The notes beneath the pieces are model-generated. The model saw only the letters and a program-made list of their open reading frames with translations, did no database searches and was not told the origin of the DNA. Positions 1 through 13,906 of a DNA stretch of 64,000 nt are shown piece after piece. Both the position numbers and the translations under genes were made by a program. This DNA comes from Eledone cirrhosa (taxonomy: Eukaryota). The stretch lies in contig OZ024743.1 in NCBI GenBank assembly GCA_964016885.1, positions 226,238,001 through 226,302,000 of the forward strand. Direction: 5' to 3'. The stretch's first letter is position 1, and every line of letters begins with the position of its first letter.

Positions 1-2565
1 ATAGGCTGTCCACAATTCAAGGTAGTCAGCTAAGCTACACGGACCACAAATTCATGATCTGTGTGCTTGACTTAGATAGGCTTCATAGACGAGGACCCGG
101 CTACTGGAAGCTAAACGCGTCCTTACCAGCGCGCAAGGGCTACAGAGACCGGATTAGCGAACTAGTTAAGCGGGCGTTGACGGGGGCCATCGTCAACAAC
201 AAGTGGTGGTTGCTCTGAAAAGAGCAATTAGAATATAGTCCATTAGGTTTAGTAAGGTTTTAGCAATAGAGAAAAATAGAGCAGAGGGAGAATTAGTTAG
301 AAAATTAGACGAGGCGCTTAGTAAAGGCATCGCGACCGACGTACTTGCGGCGAAATTGCCCCTTGACCAATTCTTCAATGCAAAGTACGAAAGCTCCGTT
401 GTCAGAGCTAGGGTGCGTGCTCTCAGACACGAGGGGACGAAAGCCGTTCAATGGGCCCGAGTGGCGGAGGCGCGTTGTGGCAACAAAGCCACGATCCGGT
501 CTTTGGTGGACCACGACGGGCGCATGCTACTCGATCCCGGGCAAATGTGTGAAACTTTTCAACGACACTTCGCACAGCTGTTCGGGGACAGCGTCGGGCC
601 GGATCGAGGGATGGACTTTAGTGTCTACCTGGACGGACTGCCGCGGCTCTCGGCCACTGAGGAGGAGTGTTGCGAAAAGCCGATAACAACCGCTGAAGTA
701 CGGGAGGCAATGACTGCCTGCACAAGGGGTAAATCGCCTGGTTTGGATGGTCTGCCCTATGAACTTGACGTACAAATGCCAAACTTGTTCGGAGGCCTCT
801 TGGCGGACGACTACTGCAACTGGCAACAGAACGGGAGAATTCCCAGCTCTGTGAGCCGAGGAGCGGTGGCGCTGCTGAGAAAGGATAACATAGATAATTT
901 TAGGCCCATAACTCTGCTAAACACAGAGTTCAATATTTTGGCGAAGGTGCTAGCAAAAAGGTTGGCGCTTGTCGTTGGTGGTCTGGTGGGAGAGGCACAG
1001 ACATGCGCCATTCCCGACAGATCCATCCACTACAACCTCCACCTCATGCGATACATCGTAGAGAGGGTAGCTAGGGAACCTGGCACGGGTGGGTCTTTGA
1101 GAAATTTAGATCAGTCGAAAGCCTTCGATAGGGTCGACCATCGTTACCTAGCGGCAGTCCTGAGGGCGGCTGGCTTTGGGCCCGTCTTCAGAGGCTGGAT
1201 CACTGCCATGCACAGCGACATCTGCTCTGTAGTGAGAGTGAACGGTCACCTTTCGGAACCGTTCAACATCATGCGCTCGGTCCACCAAGGATGTCCCCTC
1301 TCGTCCCTATTGTACGTATTGACTCTCGACCAATTACTGCACAAACTGGAGACGTTGAGGGGGGTCCCGCACGAACTAGGATGCGGAAGATCCGTGTCAG
1401 CATATGCGGACGATGTCACCGTAGTGGTGTCGAACGCCAAACACATCGAGGCGATCGGCAGGGTGGCTTCTCTCACCCAGAAATGGGCCGAAAGGAAGCT
1501 ATCCCTGAAAGGTCGAGCGGAGGTGGCTAACACGTACATCGCGTCCGTCATCTACTACCGCCTGACCGTCGTACCTTGTCCTAAGCCCCGCCTGACTGCG
1601 CTGGAGCGTTTGCTCTTTCGCTTCTTGTGGAAGGGACGCGCTCCGATGGTCAGGCGCTCCATCTGCTGTCAACACCCGCTACGTGGAGGGCTGGGCATGC
1701 CGTGGCTGATGATGCGCAGACACGCGCTCAGGCTACGACATCTTCACCTCTTCCTCGACGGTGATCAGGTGTGGTCGCCGTTTGCTAGACACGTTTTTCC
1801 CCAGCTCGTCTCCTTGACGGAGCTGCAGTCCTGGGTCAAGCGAAGACCGAGAGGGACCGCTTGGAGACTGGAATGTCTTCAGGCGTCACAGCCCTCGACC
1901 AATCGGGCAATGTGATCGGTGGAAACTCCTCCTCGGCGTTCTATAGGGGATTAGTGGAGGGGAAGTGCGACGACGTACTTGGAGAAACTCTAGGCGTCGA
2001 CGAAAATCAACTAGCCAATCTCTTCGGAAGGACTTTCGAGCCGGGGCCTATGGACAACTTCCAGAAATCCCTGGCCTGGCAGTGCTACCGAGGAGCCTTG
2101 CCAGTTCGGGATAAACTTTACAGGCATGGAGGTGCCGTCAGCCGGGCATGTCCGAGATGCGCACAGGGCGACGAAACCGTCCTGCACGCACTCGTCCAGT
2201 GTCCGAGAATTGCTGACTTGTGGGTTTATGTCGAACACCTGCTGTCACGTGTAGGACGGATCCAGCTATCAGCTGAGTCCATCGTGAGGATTGCCCCGCC
2301 CTCTTCCTTTAGCCGGGAAGGGCAGGCAGTTTTTATCTGTCTGGTGGCCATGGCGAGAGAGATAGTATGGTGGACACGTTTGAAAGGGCTGAAGACGAGC
2401 ACTTACCTCTTCGGTGATGCTCTGATTGACTTTTTCAAATTTCATTTGAAAAGGAAAATCAGAGTAGAGAGGGAAGTGCTCTCTTCCCAGCATTTTGTTG
2501 AAAGATGGGTGAGAGAAGCAAGTATGGCCCGAGTGAATGGGCCTACTCTGAGTATATATCTGTAA
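1..2565 (+). pseudogene. Disrupted ORF2 (APE-RT-Zn finger) of Tx1-like element T1
   Basis: ORFs 356-1915 and 1861-2565 joined by a frameshift; versus the copy at 8561 it lacks a long segment after EAIG (junction near 1460) and a few residues in RKD..NFRP. Confidence 0.88.
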
Positions 2566-2811
2566 ATTAAAGGTGGAAAACTGGGAGAGGGCACTTGCCT
2601 TGGTGGTCAGGGTCATTGTGGCCTTTTACTGGGCTTTCTCCACAAATGTCCCTCCGTAGTCTCGCCCTATTGGGGAATTTTTCATTGTTATTTTTTGTTA
2701 CATCCTCTGTTTTTGTTTTTACACGCAGAAATGCCCATTTGTACCGTCCTGTATTGTCCTGCACTGTCCTTAATGTCTACTTTATGTAAACCCTTGTGGT
2801 TAATAAAGAAA
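1..2811 (+). mobile_element. Tx1/L1-clade non-LTR retrotransposon, family T1 (5' part outside the window), ending AATAAAGAAA then (ATT)n
   Basis: End of APE domain (TDHK, GPGYWKLN), RT motifs (KSPGLDG, FRPITLLN, KAFDRVDH, QGCPLS, YADD), C-terminal CPRC...H...C finger; 3' UTR with AATAAA and simple-repeat tail. Confidence 0.93.
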
Positions 2812-2813
<2 letters not shown>

Positions 2814-2852
<39 letters not shown>

Positions 2853-2856
2853 GTTA
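2814..2856. repeat. (ATT)n microsatellite, LINE tail or target
   Basis: Direct reading. Confidence 0.95.
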
Positions 2857-3177
2857 TACCATACTCATCTCATGACTACAGAGATAACTTTATTCCTATT
2901 CGAAACATCCTTTAAGTTTCCAGCTAAGTGGAAAAGAGCAACGAGATAATAAGTATTATACTCAATGACTCGCCAGGAATTGATCTCATTACCTTACAAT
3001 AACGAAACACACAATCCATTCAGACGTACCTCCGCAATGTGAAGTATCTAGGGCGAAGTAAAATAGAATCTAGTCTGTCTACTGTACTTTAGAGTAGGAT
3101 AAAATAGAATGGGAAAGTTAAAGATCGATGGAAAAACAAAAATACAAAACCATGTAAATGTTAAATATACTGAAACC

Positions 3178-3180
<3 letters not shown>

Positions 3181-3261
<81 letters not shown>

Positions 3262-3321
3262 ATAATATATCATGATGATGATATATATACATACATATAT
3301 ATATATATACATATATACATG

Positions 3322-3353
<32 letters not shown>

Positions 3354-3411
3354 GATATAGATATACACATATATATAGATATACATAGGTATTAGGAAAA
3401 TCTATTTATAC

Positions 3412-3491
<80 letters not shown>

Positions 3492-3620
3492 GTATCATAA
3501 AACGTATATATATATATGTATATACATGTATGTCTATATATACGTATATATATATATGTATATCTATGTATGTCTATGTATATATATGTATATATATATG
3601 CGTGTGTGTGTGTGTGTGTG
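3181..3620. repeat. (TA)n/(TG)n compound microsatellite, representative of dozens of such tracts in the window
   Basis: Direct reading. Confidence 0.97.
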
Positions 3621-3829
3621 AATACTACAAGAATACAATATTTGATAAATGCAGCTTAATTAGTAGGATATTTAGTGAATTATTTGAAATGAGGCAGGTG
3701 TGGTTTATTATAGAAAGAATCGATTGATTGAAGAAGATCGAAGTGAAATGGCAATATTAAAGTTGTGCAAAAAATATGTCTCGAATTAGTAGTGATACTT
3801 TTACCTATAAGTGTCCATTGAAATGGTTA

Positions 3830-4215
3830 TAGTGGTGGTGGGTGCGGTGGTGGTAGGCGTGTTGGTGGTGGGTCTTTTGGTGATTGTTGTGGCTGTGTTG
3901 ATCATGGTAGAGGGAGAATGGTGGCGGTTATGATAGTGGTTATATTGTTGGTGATGGAGGTGCCGGTGTTGCTTGGGCTATTTTGGTGATGATGATAGTG
4001 ATGGTTAAGTCAGTGGTGGTGTAGTAGTGATGGTAGTGATAATGTTAGTTTTGCTGATGATTCTGATAGTGGTAGGCTTTGTGGTGGCACTGATGTTTAT
4101 AAGTGGGATATCTGCAATGATAGTCACTGTTACTGTGATGATAGTGATATTGATGGTCGGATTGACTGGTTGTGATTATATTGCTGATTAATATAATGAT
4201 AGTGATGATCATGGT
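3830..4215. repeat. Degenerate GGT/GAT trinucleotide low-complexity region
   Basis: Direct reading. Confidence 0.8.
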
Positions 4216-4325
4216 GCTGACAAAAATAAACTATAGTAATATAACGATTTGAAAGTTTTATTTTGATGAACCATTCACTCAAACTGTGTACTACATACTG
4301 GGAATTACTGTTGTTACTATTATTG

Positions 4326-4712
4326 CATTGGCAACATCATTAGAGCGTTGATCAAAATGCTTTGTGATATTTGCTTTAGGCTTTTGACGTTCTGAGATCG
4401 AATCCCACCAAAATCAACTTCGCTTTTCGAGTCCGATGAAATAAAATACCACTCGAGTACTGGAGGTTATATAATTCACTTGTTGGATTTGTGCATAAAT
4501 TAGAAGCCGTTGCTAGAGTGGCAGAATTGGTAGAGTGTTAGAAAAAATACTTTGCGGTAATTCTTCCGTTTCTTTCAGCTCTGATTTCGAATCATACCAA
4601 AGTCGACTTTACATTTTTTCTAATGTATCAGTCAATTAGTTAGATCTTATAATCTACTGATTTCTCCACTAGAGAATTTCTAGCCATGGGCCTAGATTAA
4701 AAACCGTTATTA
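4326..4712 (+). mobile_element. Two decayed tandem SINE copies of the family seen at 50405
   Basis: TGGCA..A.TC.TTAGAG head, TCTGAG.TCGAATCC B-box-like motif, AAATAAAATACCA and TAGAA.C tail similar to the intact copies. Confidence 0.6.
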
Positions 4713-5057
4713 TCACAATTTGTAGTATGATTGTACATATGTTACACTGTTGGAGGTAGGCACAAGGGGGAGTTTGGTGTGTGTTGATGAAGGGAATGTA
4801 ATAACTGTTAGGGGTAGATTACAGAGAATGCCATTTAGTTGTACTTAACTAATTGACTATCTATTCTTCTTTTACTCTGTACTGAAGAGGTGCAAAATGC
4901 AGAAACATCCTGCACATGGATATGAAAGAATTCCATTCAAAATATACCGTTAGTTATCTATCTTATATTTTGAGGTCAAAATCATTCGGTCCGACTATTA
5001 TTTGTTTCTTTGTATATTTGCAAGGCCGCTAATATAGTTACTGCAGCTGGTGCTGCG

Positions 5058-5137
<80 letters not shown>
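5058..5137. repeat. (ACT)n microsatellite
   Basis: Direct reading. Confidence 0.97.
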
Positions 5138-5146
5138 ACACATATA

Positions 5147-5232
5147 TATGCTGGTTTCACTGTTAGCTCCTCTTTTTTATTCTTCATCCGTACATCACGT
5201 CACTGGCTTCAATGATTCAATGATAGCATATA
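5147..5232. repeat. Short dispersed repeat; reverse-complement relative at about 15881-15970
   Basis: CACTGGCTTCAATGATTCAATGATAGCATAT matches the reverse complement of ATATGCTATCATTGAATCATTGAAGCCAGTG. Confidence 0.75.
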
Positions 5233-5245
5233 TATATATATAGCG

Positions 5246-6096
5246 ACTGTTCGTTTAATTTGTCCAGGTGTACTTTTTCTCAACCTGATTAGTGCTATCG
5301 TTGCTCTGGTATACATTGTGTGTTAGTTTAGCCTACCACAATGTTCGATTTATCAAGCTATTTAAACGTATGTTATTACTCCAAGGTCCTATCTTATCGA
5401 GTGATTTACTAACTCACCATTTCATATAAGTAGGCCGAATTCACTTGCAAACCGCCAGAGATTCGATTTTACTGATTTCCAATTATATTATTCTCCTAGG
5501 TTTAATAATTAACTAATTAATTTAATTAGACAATCCTGTTGATTGGTTAATTATTAGTGTTTGTTTTATAACATCTAGTCGAGAGCTTATCATGATTATT
5601 AGCGGGAATTTAAAATATTTCCTTTTTTGCTAACTTTTTGAATAACCGCCTGGGACCGGGGGTTATTTCCCTTAGCACGTGATAATTATAGATGCGATTA
5701 GCAGCTTATAGCAGCAACATATAATTTATAACAGGAAGAGCGATAAACCTGTTGATAAACTGAATCCAACGTTCGGTCACCAATACCAGGAGCTTGCCTT
5801 TCAAGTAAGTCTGATATTTGATTTCGGATTCAAAGAAACACTTTCAAAGAAACACTGTTCGTTTAATTTGTCCAGGTGTACTTTTTCTCAACCTGATTAG
5901 TTCTATCATTGCTCTGGTATACATTGTGTGTTAGTTTAGCCTGCCACAATGTTCGATTTGTCAAGCTATTTAAACGTATGTTATTACTCTAAGGTCCTAT
6001 CTTATCGAGTGCTTTGCTAACTCATCATTTCATATAAGTAGGCCGAATTCACTTGCAAACCGCCAGAGATTCGATAGTACTGATTTCCAATTATAT
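5246..6096 (+). mobile_element. Non-coding element with about 240-bp direct terminal repeats (5246-5488, 5854-6096), pLTR/retrozyme-like, inserted in (TA)n
   Basis: Near-identical direct repeats, period 608; each carries the ATTACTC..TCGAGT hairpin; diverged relative at 58030-58470. Confidence 0.75.
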
Positions 6097-6099
6097 ATA

Positions 6100-6234
6100 T
6101 AACAAAGAAGGTATGGTAAGATACCAGGTGGACCATAACGCACCAGAGTACTCGATACTTAGGGTAGTAGAGTGGGTAATGTAGATCGGATCTAGCTGTC
6201 GAAACGGCCGGCGCTTAGCTGTCGAAGTCTTGAC

Positions 6235-6235
<1 letters not shown>
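6100..6235. mobile_element. Short (TA)n-inserted repeat family F, copy 1 of 5
   Basis: GGTAAG.ACCAG.TGGACCATAACGCACCAGAGTACTC.ATACTTAGGGTAGTAGAGTGGGTAAT recurs at 23861, 28377, 42806 and 50984. Confidence 0.85.
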
Positions 6236-6279
<44 letters not shown>

Positions 6280-6282
6280 AAT

Positions 6283-6379
<97 letters not shown>
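6235..6379. repeat. (TATC)n microsatellite, 5' flank of Tx1 copy A
   Basis: Direct reading. Confidence 0.97.
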
Positions 6380-6615
6380 AAATAATCTAGCTGTCGTCTG
6401 TTCTACAGCGTAGATGTAATTCACTTCGCGCAGAAGTTTTGTTCAAATTTATTGCGGAAATTTTGTAAGTTCAATTTTAATTTTGATACTATTGTGTAGC
6501 TTGACCCCCGTCTGAACTGTCAGGCGGTGGGTCAGCTCATCTTTACCCCTCCTAGGGGTGAACAACCTGTTTTTAAAAATTTTGTGGCATAAAAAATTTC
6601 AATCGTCTGACAGAA

Positions 6616-8527
6616 ATGTTAAACGAAGCTAACGAAAATGGTGGTGGGGGGACAGCGGTAAGAGTTGTAAGCTCGCACGCTTTAGTCTCCCCTTCCTTCC
6701 CAACTAACGTCATAGAGAAGGAAAGGAAAAATAAAATAAAAACAGACGAATCTGCGGAGAAAAATGACGAAAACGCAAATCTGGACATTGATTCCAACAA
6801 CGAAAAAAAAAAAAATTTGAAAAATTGAATGACAATATTAATACCACAAACAAAGACACGACAAACACAAAAATAACATTTGAAAACAACATCATAACAG
6901 AAAGCAAAGCAGACGACAAAGTCAACACCAATAATATTTCATTTGCACAAACAACAAAGAAATCTTTGACATATATACCTGCAAATATTTCAGATGTGGC
7001 ACAAAGAATTACAGACGCCAAACAATACATAACTGAAGGAGAAAATGGTATTTTATCGGTAAAAATGCCTCAAGAACTCACCAAAGACATTGAAAGTCGA
7101 ACGGTCATTTTCCGCACCATCAACAACATTTCTAAAAAACCTGAACAGCCAACTCAAACAGAAATCAAAACAGTTATTACAGAAGTACTTAATGAAACCA
7201 CTTTCATAAGAAAAGACAGACTGTATGGAAGCCTAGCGATTATTATGAAGAACGAATCGGCAGCAAAAAAATGTGTTTTGTCACCGATTCGTTCGAAAAG
7301 TTTTACCTTTTATCCATCTTATATGGGTAAAAGAACTCAACGCATATGGCTGGATGCAATGATGCCAGATGTGGATTACTGCTGGCTCATAGCTGGCTTC
7401 ATCGATCCAGCGAATGACAACGTGATTTCCATTGGGAAAACCACAGGCAATGCGTTCAGTGGAACAGGTATAGAACTTGTAGTGCAAATGAAGCCTAAAC
7501 GCATCGCTCAAATACCCGACAGAATCCTATTAGAGGGCCACGGGTATATAAACATTACCGTGGAGGGGAGAAGGCCGTCCTGTCATATCTGTGCAGGCAG
7601 AGGGCACCTGAAGGCGGCTTGTCCCCAACTCAACAAAAATAAAACCCTGCTACCAACACCAGCTCCACCACCACCACCACAACAGATAAACAAACAACAA
7701 AACTCAGTCCCACCCAACCCGTCCCTCAGTAAAACTACACCACCACCACAACACAAACAGTCAAACACATTACCCCAAAACAAAATACAGGCCCACCCAA
7801 CCCCTCACTCAATAAAACAACACAACCACCGCAGCCACAACACACAACACAGTCTAACATAGTGACATCCATCTCCCCCACAAAGAAAACCAACACGGAA
7901 ACATTAACAGCAAACATACCTCTTCCCTCCAACACTGAAGATAACCCAACAAATTCGGAGGAAAAAACGGAGTCCTTCAGACAGATTAAAAGGAAAAAAA
8001 GAAAACATGTGCAAAACACACAAGGCCAAACAACCCCCACCCACATGTCATCACAATCCAACAAAACACAAAACACCCCTCCAGCAACAAATAAAACCAA
8101 ACCTGCCCCTCCCCTCTTCGAAACACTCACACCATCCGAAAAAAAGACATTACACTATACTTACATCAACAGAAACAAAAATAAATTAAATGAACTCATA
8201 AACAATAATCCTTCGGTACAAACCGAAGGTGTAAACTTTGTTTCTTCAGAAAACTACCCACATTTAAAATTAATAAAGATCCCAATGAACCTCTTCCAAA
8301 AACTAAAAAAGGATTTTAAGGAGGACGTAGGACTACCCTCTGTCAAACCCATAAACTGCGTCCTACTAAAAAGCTTTCCCCCTCCTCTTCCCCTCCCCAA
8401 CACAACTCCAAACACCCCAACCCAACCACACACTGACGACCCCACACCACCTCAAGACACCCCTTCACCCAACACCCCCGACCCCATGGAAGTCGTGCGA
8501 CCCGAACCCCGGGAAGCAGAAAGGTAG
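6616..8527 (+). pseudogene. ORF1 (gag-like, CCHC zinc knuckle CHICAGRGHLKAAC, Pro/Thr-rich tail), frameshifted
   Basis: ORFs 6616-6828, 6825-7862 and 7862-8527; shifts at the A-run near 6803-6815 and near 7765. Confidence 0.85.
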
Positions 8528-8560
8528 GTCAATACACTCTCCTTTGGCTTTGCCGCCCAC

Positions 8561-11500
8561 ATGGATGTGTTAAGAGTAGGATGTTTGAATGCACGTGGCC
8601 TGGGCTCAACTTGGAAGCAAGCAATGCTTCTAAATAACCTCAGGTCATGTGGTATAAATGTAATGGTTATCTGTGAGACACGGATCAGCGTCGTGCGGTA
8701 GCTGGCCCCTACCTTCGATGACTTTGAGGTGCATGCATCTCTCTGTCAACCTGGAGGTGGGGGTGGGGTTGTCGTACTGCTGCAAAAACACCTGGGTCTT
8801 GCCGTACAGGCTGTTCACTCGGACCCGGAGGGTCGTTTGTTGGTGCTAGACGTTGGCAGTACTGAAGGTGAGGCCTTGAGACTAGTCGCCGTCTACTCCC
8901 TTTTCGGAGCTGAACGGCCCGACTTCTTCCACCGTTTGGAGACTTTTCTGGGAACGTCGCGTTCCCTGCTTCTAGCGGGGGATTGGAATGACATCCTAGA
9001 TGCAAGTTGGGACTATGCAGGAGCATGTCCTAATAGAGGGGGGTGTAACAGCCTCAAGGGGTTACTCGATCGTTTTAACTTGGTCGATAGATATCGACTA
9101 GATTTTCCAACTGTGCCTACCTGGACTTGGACGAACCACAGTGGTCAATCTAGATCGTACTTAGATAGACTCTTAGTTAGAAGCAAGGATAGGGACATAT
9201 TAAGCTGTCCAGAAATGCTCACGGTTGGCTATACGGATCACAAATTAGTGACCTGCGTAGTCAATCTCGAGAAAACACATAAACAGGGTCCCGGTTACTG
9301 GAAACTTAATTTGTCTTTACCGGCAAAAGAGACTTACAGAAACCGGATTAGCAGGTTAGTTAAGGAGAGGTTGACAGGTGCAATCGTCAACAACCGATGG
9401 TGGGCATCTCTCAAAAGAGAGATTAGAACAGAATCAATAAGTTATAGCAAGATGTTAGCTGCCCATAGGAATAGAAACGAGAAAGAATTAACAGGTAAAT
9501 TAGAAGAGGCAATGAAGAGCGAAGATGTGGCCAGAGTGCTGGCATCGAGGACGGCTTTGAACCAGTTTTTCGTTGCAAAGCACGAAGGCTGCGTCATTCG
9601 AAGTAAAATACGTGCTCTAGGTAATGAGGGGGCCAAAGCCGTTGGCTGGGCCCACGTGACAGAAGCTAAGAGTGGAAATCGATCCACCATCCGGTCGTTG
9701 CAAGACGAGGATGGACGGGTGATCCGGGAGCCTAAGCAGATGTGCGAGGCCTTTCAAAGGCACTTTGCCCGATTATTCGGGGGAGGAGAGGGTCCGGGCG
9801 GGGACGTGGATTTCGGTCCATACCTCGACGGCCTGCCGCGTCTCTCGAGCGAAGAGGCAGAGTCCTGCGAGGGACCAATCTCGGCTGATGAGTTCGGGGA
9901 TTATCTGAGCCAATGCAGCAGACGCAAATCTCCAGGTCTCGATGGTATACCTTACGAACTTTATTTAGCAATGCCGGTCTTCTCCTCCGAACTCCTCGAA
10001 GCGGTCTACTGCAATTGGCAGCAGAACGGGAGAATTCCTTGTTCTGTAGCCAAGGGCGTAGTCTCGCTGGTGAGGAAGGACGAGAACAAGGGAGATAGTA
10101 TACATAATTTTCGGCCCATAACCCTGCTAAACACAGAGTTAAAGATTTTGGCCAAGGTTTTAGCAAAGAGGTTGGCGCTTGTCGTCGGTGACCTGGTGGG
10201 AGATGCGCAGACATGTGCTATCCCATCCAGGTTCATTCACGATAACCTCCACCTCATGCGATACATCATAGAGAGGGTTGGCAACAAACCCGGCTTCGGT
10301 GGGGTCCTGATCAACTTGGATCAGTCTAAGGCCTTCGATAGGGTCGACCATGGTTACCTGGATGCGGTGCTAGCGGCGGCTGGGTTCGGTCTTGTTTTCA
10401 GAGGCTGGATCACTGCCTTGCATAGCAACCACATCTGTTCTAGGATCAAGGTGAACGGCTACCTTTCGAAGCCGTTCGAAATCACACGATCCATTCAACA
10501 GGGGTGCCCTCTCTCCTCCCTTCTGTACGTATTGACTCTCGAGCCTTTACTGAGGAAGTTGGAGTTGTTGCAGGGTATCCCCCTGGAACCAGGATTGAGC
10601 CAAGCGGTGTCGGCCTACGCCGATGACGTAACAGTAATGGTATCGACCGACTCGGAGATCGAGGCGATCGGTACCTTACTGGAGGATTACGAAAGGTTGT
10701 CAGGAGCGAAACTGAACCGGGAAAAATTCATCGGGCTGCAACTCGGAACGTGGAGAGGCGGACCGATGCCTCCTGATGGTGTCGTCGGACACTGGACGGA
10801 GGGCCCGGTAAAGTTGCTTGGGGTCTGGTTTGGACCGGACCTCCAGGTGGAAAAGAACTGGAACGAGGTTACGAACAAGGTGTTTGAACTAACCCAGAAA
10901 TGGGCCAAGTGCAAGCTGTCCCTAAAAGGCCGGGCGGAGGTGGCGAACATTTACATAGCGTCCGTCACTTACTACCGCCTAACTGTCGTGCCTTGCCCTA
11001 AGGAATCACTCACCACCATGGAACGTATGCTCTTCCAATTTCTTTGGAAGAAGCGCCCTCCTATGGTGAGAAGATCCATCTGCTGCCAACAACCTTCGAA
11101 AGGATGGCTGGGGATGCCGTAGTTGATGATGCGTAGGCACGCATTAAGGCTACGGCACCTACAGGTATTCCTCACTGGTCAACCGGTGTGGGCTCCGTTC
11201 GTGAAACGAGCCTTTCCGAGACTCGTCTCGTTCAACGAGCTACAGTCCTGGGTCAAGCAAAGATCCGGAAAACTGGGAGACTGGCACACTGAGTGTGCTC
11301 AGGCGTCAGGGCTCTCTGGCAAGCGGGCCAGGCCATCGGTGGAGAATCCACCTCATCATTCTATAGAGGGCTGGTGGCTAGCAGGGGCGATGACACCCTT
11401 GGAGAGTCGCTGGACATGGAAGAAGACGAACTGTCCAGCCTGTTCGGTAGGACTTTCGGCCCAGCACCAATGGACAACTTCCAGAAGTCACTGGCCTGAC

Positions 11501-11997
11501 AGTGCTACCGGGGGGCTCTACCCGTTCGAGAGAGGCTCTACAGACACGGGCGCCCGGGCAGGGATCCCTCAAAAAAGATTTGCCCTAGATGCGTGCGTCA
11601 CGAAGAAACCGTTGCCCACGCATTGGTGCAATGTCCGGGCGTGGCTGATCTGTGGGGCTACGCCGAACGACTGCTGTCGCGGGTGGCGCCGATTCAATTG
11701 ACCGCCGAGTCCGTGATGACAATCAAACCGCCTCCCCTCTTCACAAAGGAAGCAAAGGCGGTTTTTCTGTGCGTAATAGCCATGTTGAAAGAGGTTGTTT
11801 GGTGGACACGATTGAAAGGTCTGAGGTCAGGCAACATCCTCTCTGGCCATAGTCTGGTCTACTTCTTCCGATATCACTTCGGAAGAAGGATAAGAATGGA
11901 GAGAGAGGTGCTTGGCCACAGGCAGTTTTATGAAAGGTGGGTGATAGTGACGAGAATGGCTCGTGTAAATGGGCCTTCTCTGTATACCATCCTGTAG
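8561..11997 (+). pseudogene. ORF2 (APE endonuclease-RT-Zn finger) with stops and a frameshift
   Basis: MDVLRVGCLNARGL start, GDWN, SYLDR, TDHK; RT QGCPLS and YADD; CPRC..H..C; stops at about 8698, 11120 and 11497 where copy B has CAG or TGG. Confidence 0.92.
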
Positions 11998-12211
11998 GTA
12001 AAGAAGTAAAGGAGAGGGGAGCACCTTCTCCATGTGCTCCCCGGGCAAAGGATTGCACACTTTTTCGGGGGTGTGTGCAACCCCCATCACGTCCCCTCCC
12101 TTTTGAGGTTATTTTCGATTATTTTCATGATACACCCTTTTTACTCGATTGTATGTAAACTCCCCCTTTGTATTTGTCCCTTCTTTTTATGCCTTTATGG
12201 TAAATAAAGAA

Positions 12212-12249
<38 letters not shown>

Positions 12250-12290
12250 ATATATATATATATAAATAAAGAAGCATATCTATTTATATA

Positions 12291-12942
<652 letters not shown>

Positions 12943-13223
12943 GTATATATATGTATATATACATATGAATTAAATTCAAACAGAAGATAAGGCGTCCGTC
13001 ATCAGTGATCTTCCAGCCGTCGTTGGTATTTCTTCGCATTAAAGAACATATACCTCTGGCTGATGCGAGCAATAACTAAAAAAAAGTTATTGGGACACGT
13101 AGAATAGGGTGAAGCGAGCGAGACATGTAAAGAAACAGAGATGGTAATGCAACGGAAAGAGAGGAAGAGGAGAAACAGGTCTATACATATATACACATTT
13201 ATATATATATATATATATATAAA

Positions 13224-13264
<41 letters not shown>

Positions 13265-13663
13265 GTATGGACCTGTTTCATACATATTCATACATATATC
13301 AATGATATACATAAATGGAAACTATATTTATAAAACGATATTTATTCTATTATATATATTTCAAGGGTACCAAATCTTTGGTACGCGCTCAACAGATGAA
13401 GTACAAAGTTTGTTTTATAAATATTGATATATCCAGGAATGAAACCTTAACGGTTCAAGTTTCACCTGTATAGTTATTCCATTTATTAATATCATTGATA
13501 TTATACTCCAGAAAATTTGTCGAGTGCTTCGAATCTGTTATAAATATATCTGTTGAATTACCAACAAATTAAATATTCCTTTGCTTATATATACATATAT
13601 ATAGATACATATATATATATATATATATATATTGTTATACTTTGGGAGGGTCATGTTGCGAAA

Positions 13664-13706
<43 letters not shown>

Positions 13707-13906
13707 ATTAGAGTTAACACTTAATTGGAACCCTGCAACTATTAAGCTCCAAGTATAAATACTGAGCTGATAAATAATATATAGTAAGAAACACAGTAAA
13801 CCGTGTGTCTAAAATTACAAGGGTTGAAAAACCACATTTGTTTGAAATATTTAACCAAGAAGCAGACAGAATGATAAAATATACAAACCGCCTCAATAAC
13901 CATTAT

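Larger units (their letters stand above)
6380..12212 (+). mobile_element. Near-full-length Tx1/L1-clade LINE, family T2 copy A (5' UTR-ORF1-ORF2-3' UTR)
   Basis: Same 5' start (AAATAATCTAGCTGTCG) and 3' end (AATAAAGAAA) as the copy at 17841; (TATC)n on both sides. Confidence 0.95.

Noticed and set aside
4820-4925. CTGAAGA-GGTGCAAAATGCA-GAAA hammerhead-like core
   Set aside because: No valid UH cleavage triplet consistent with both stem I and stem III
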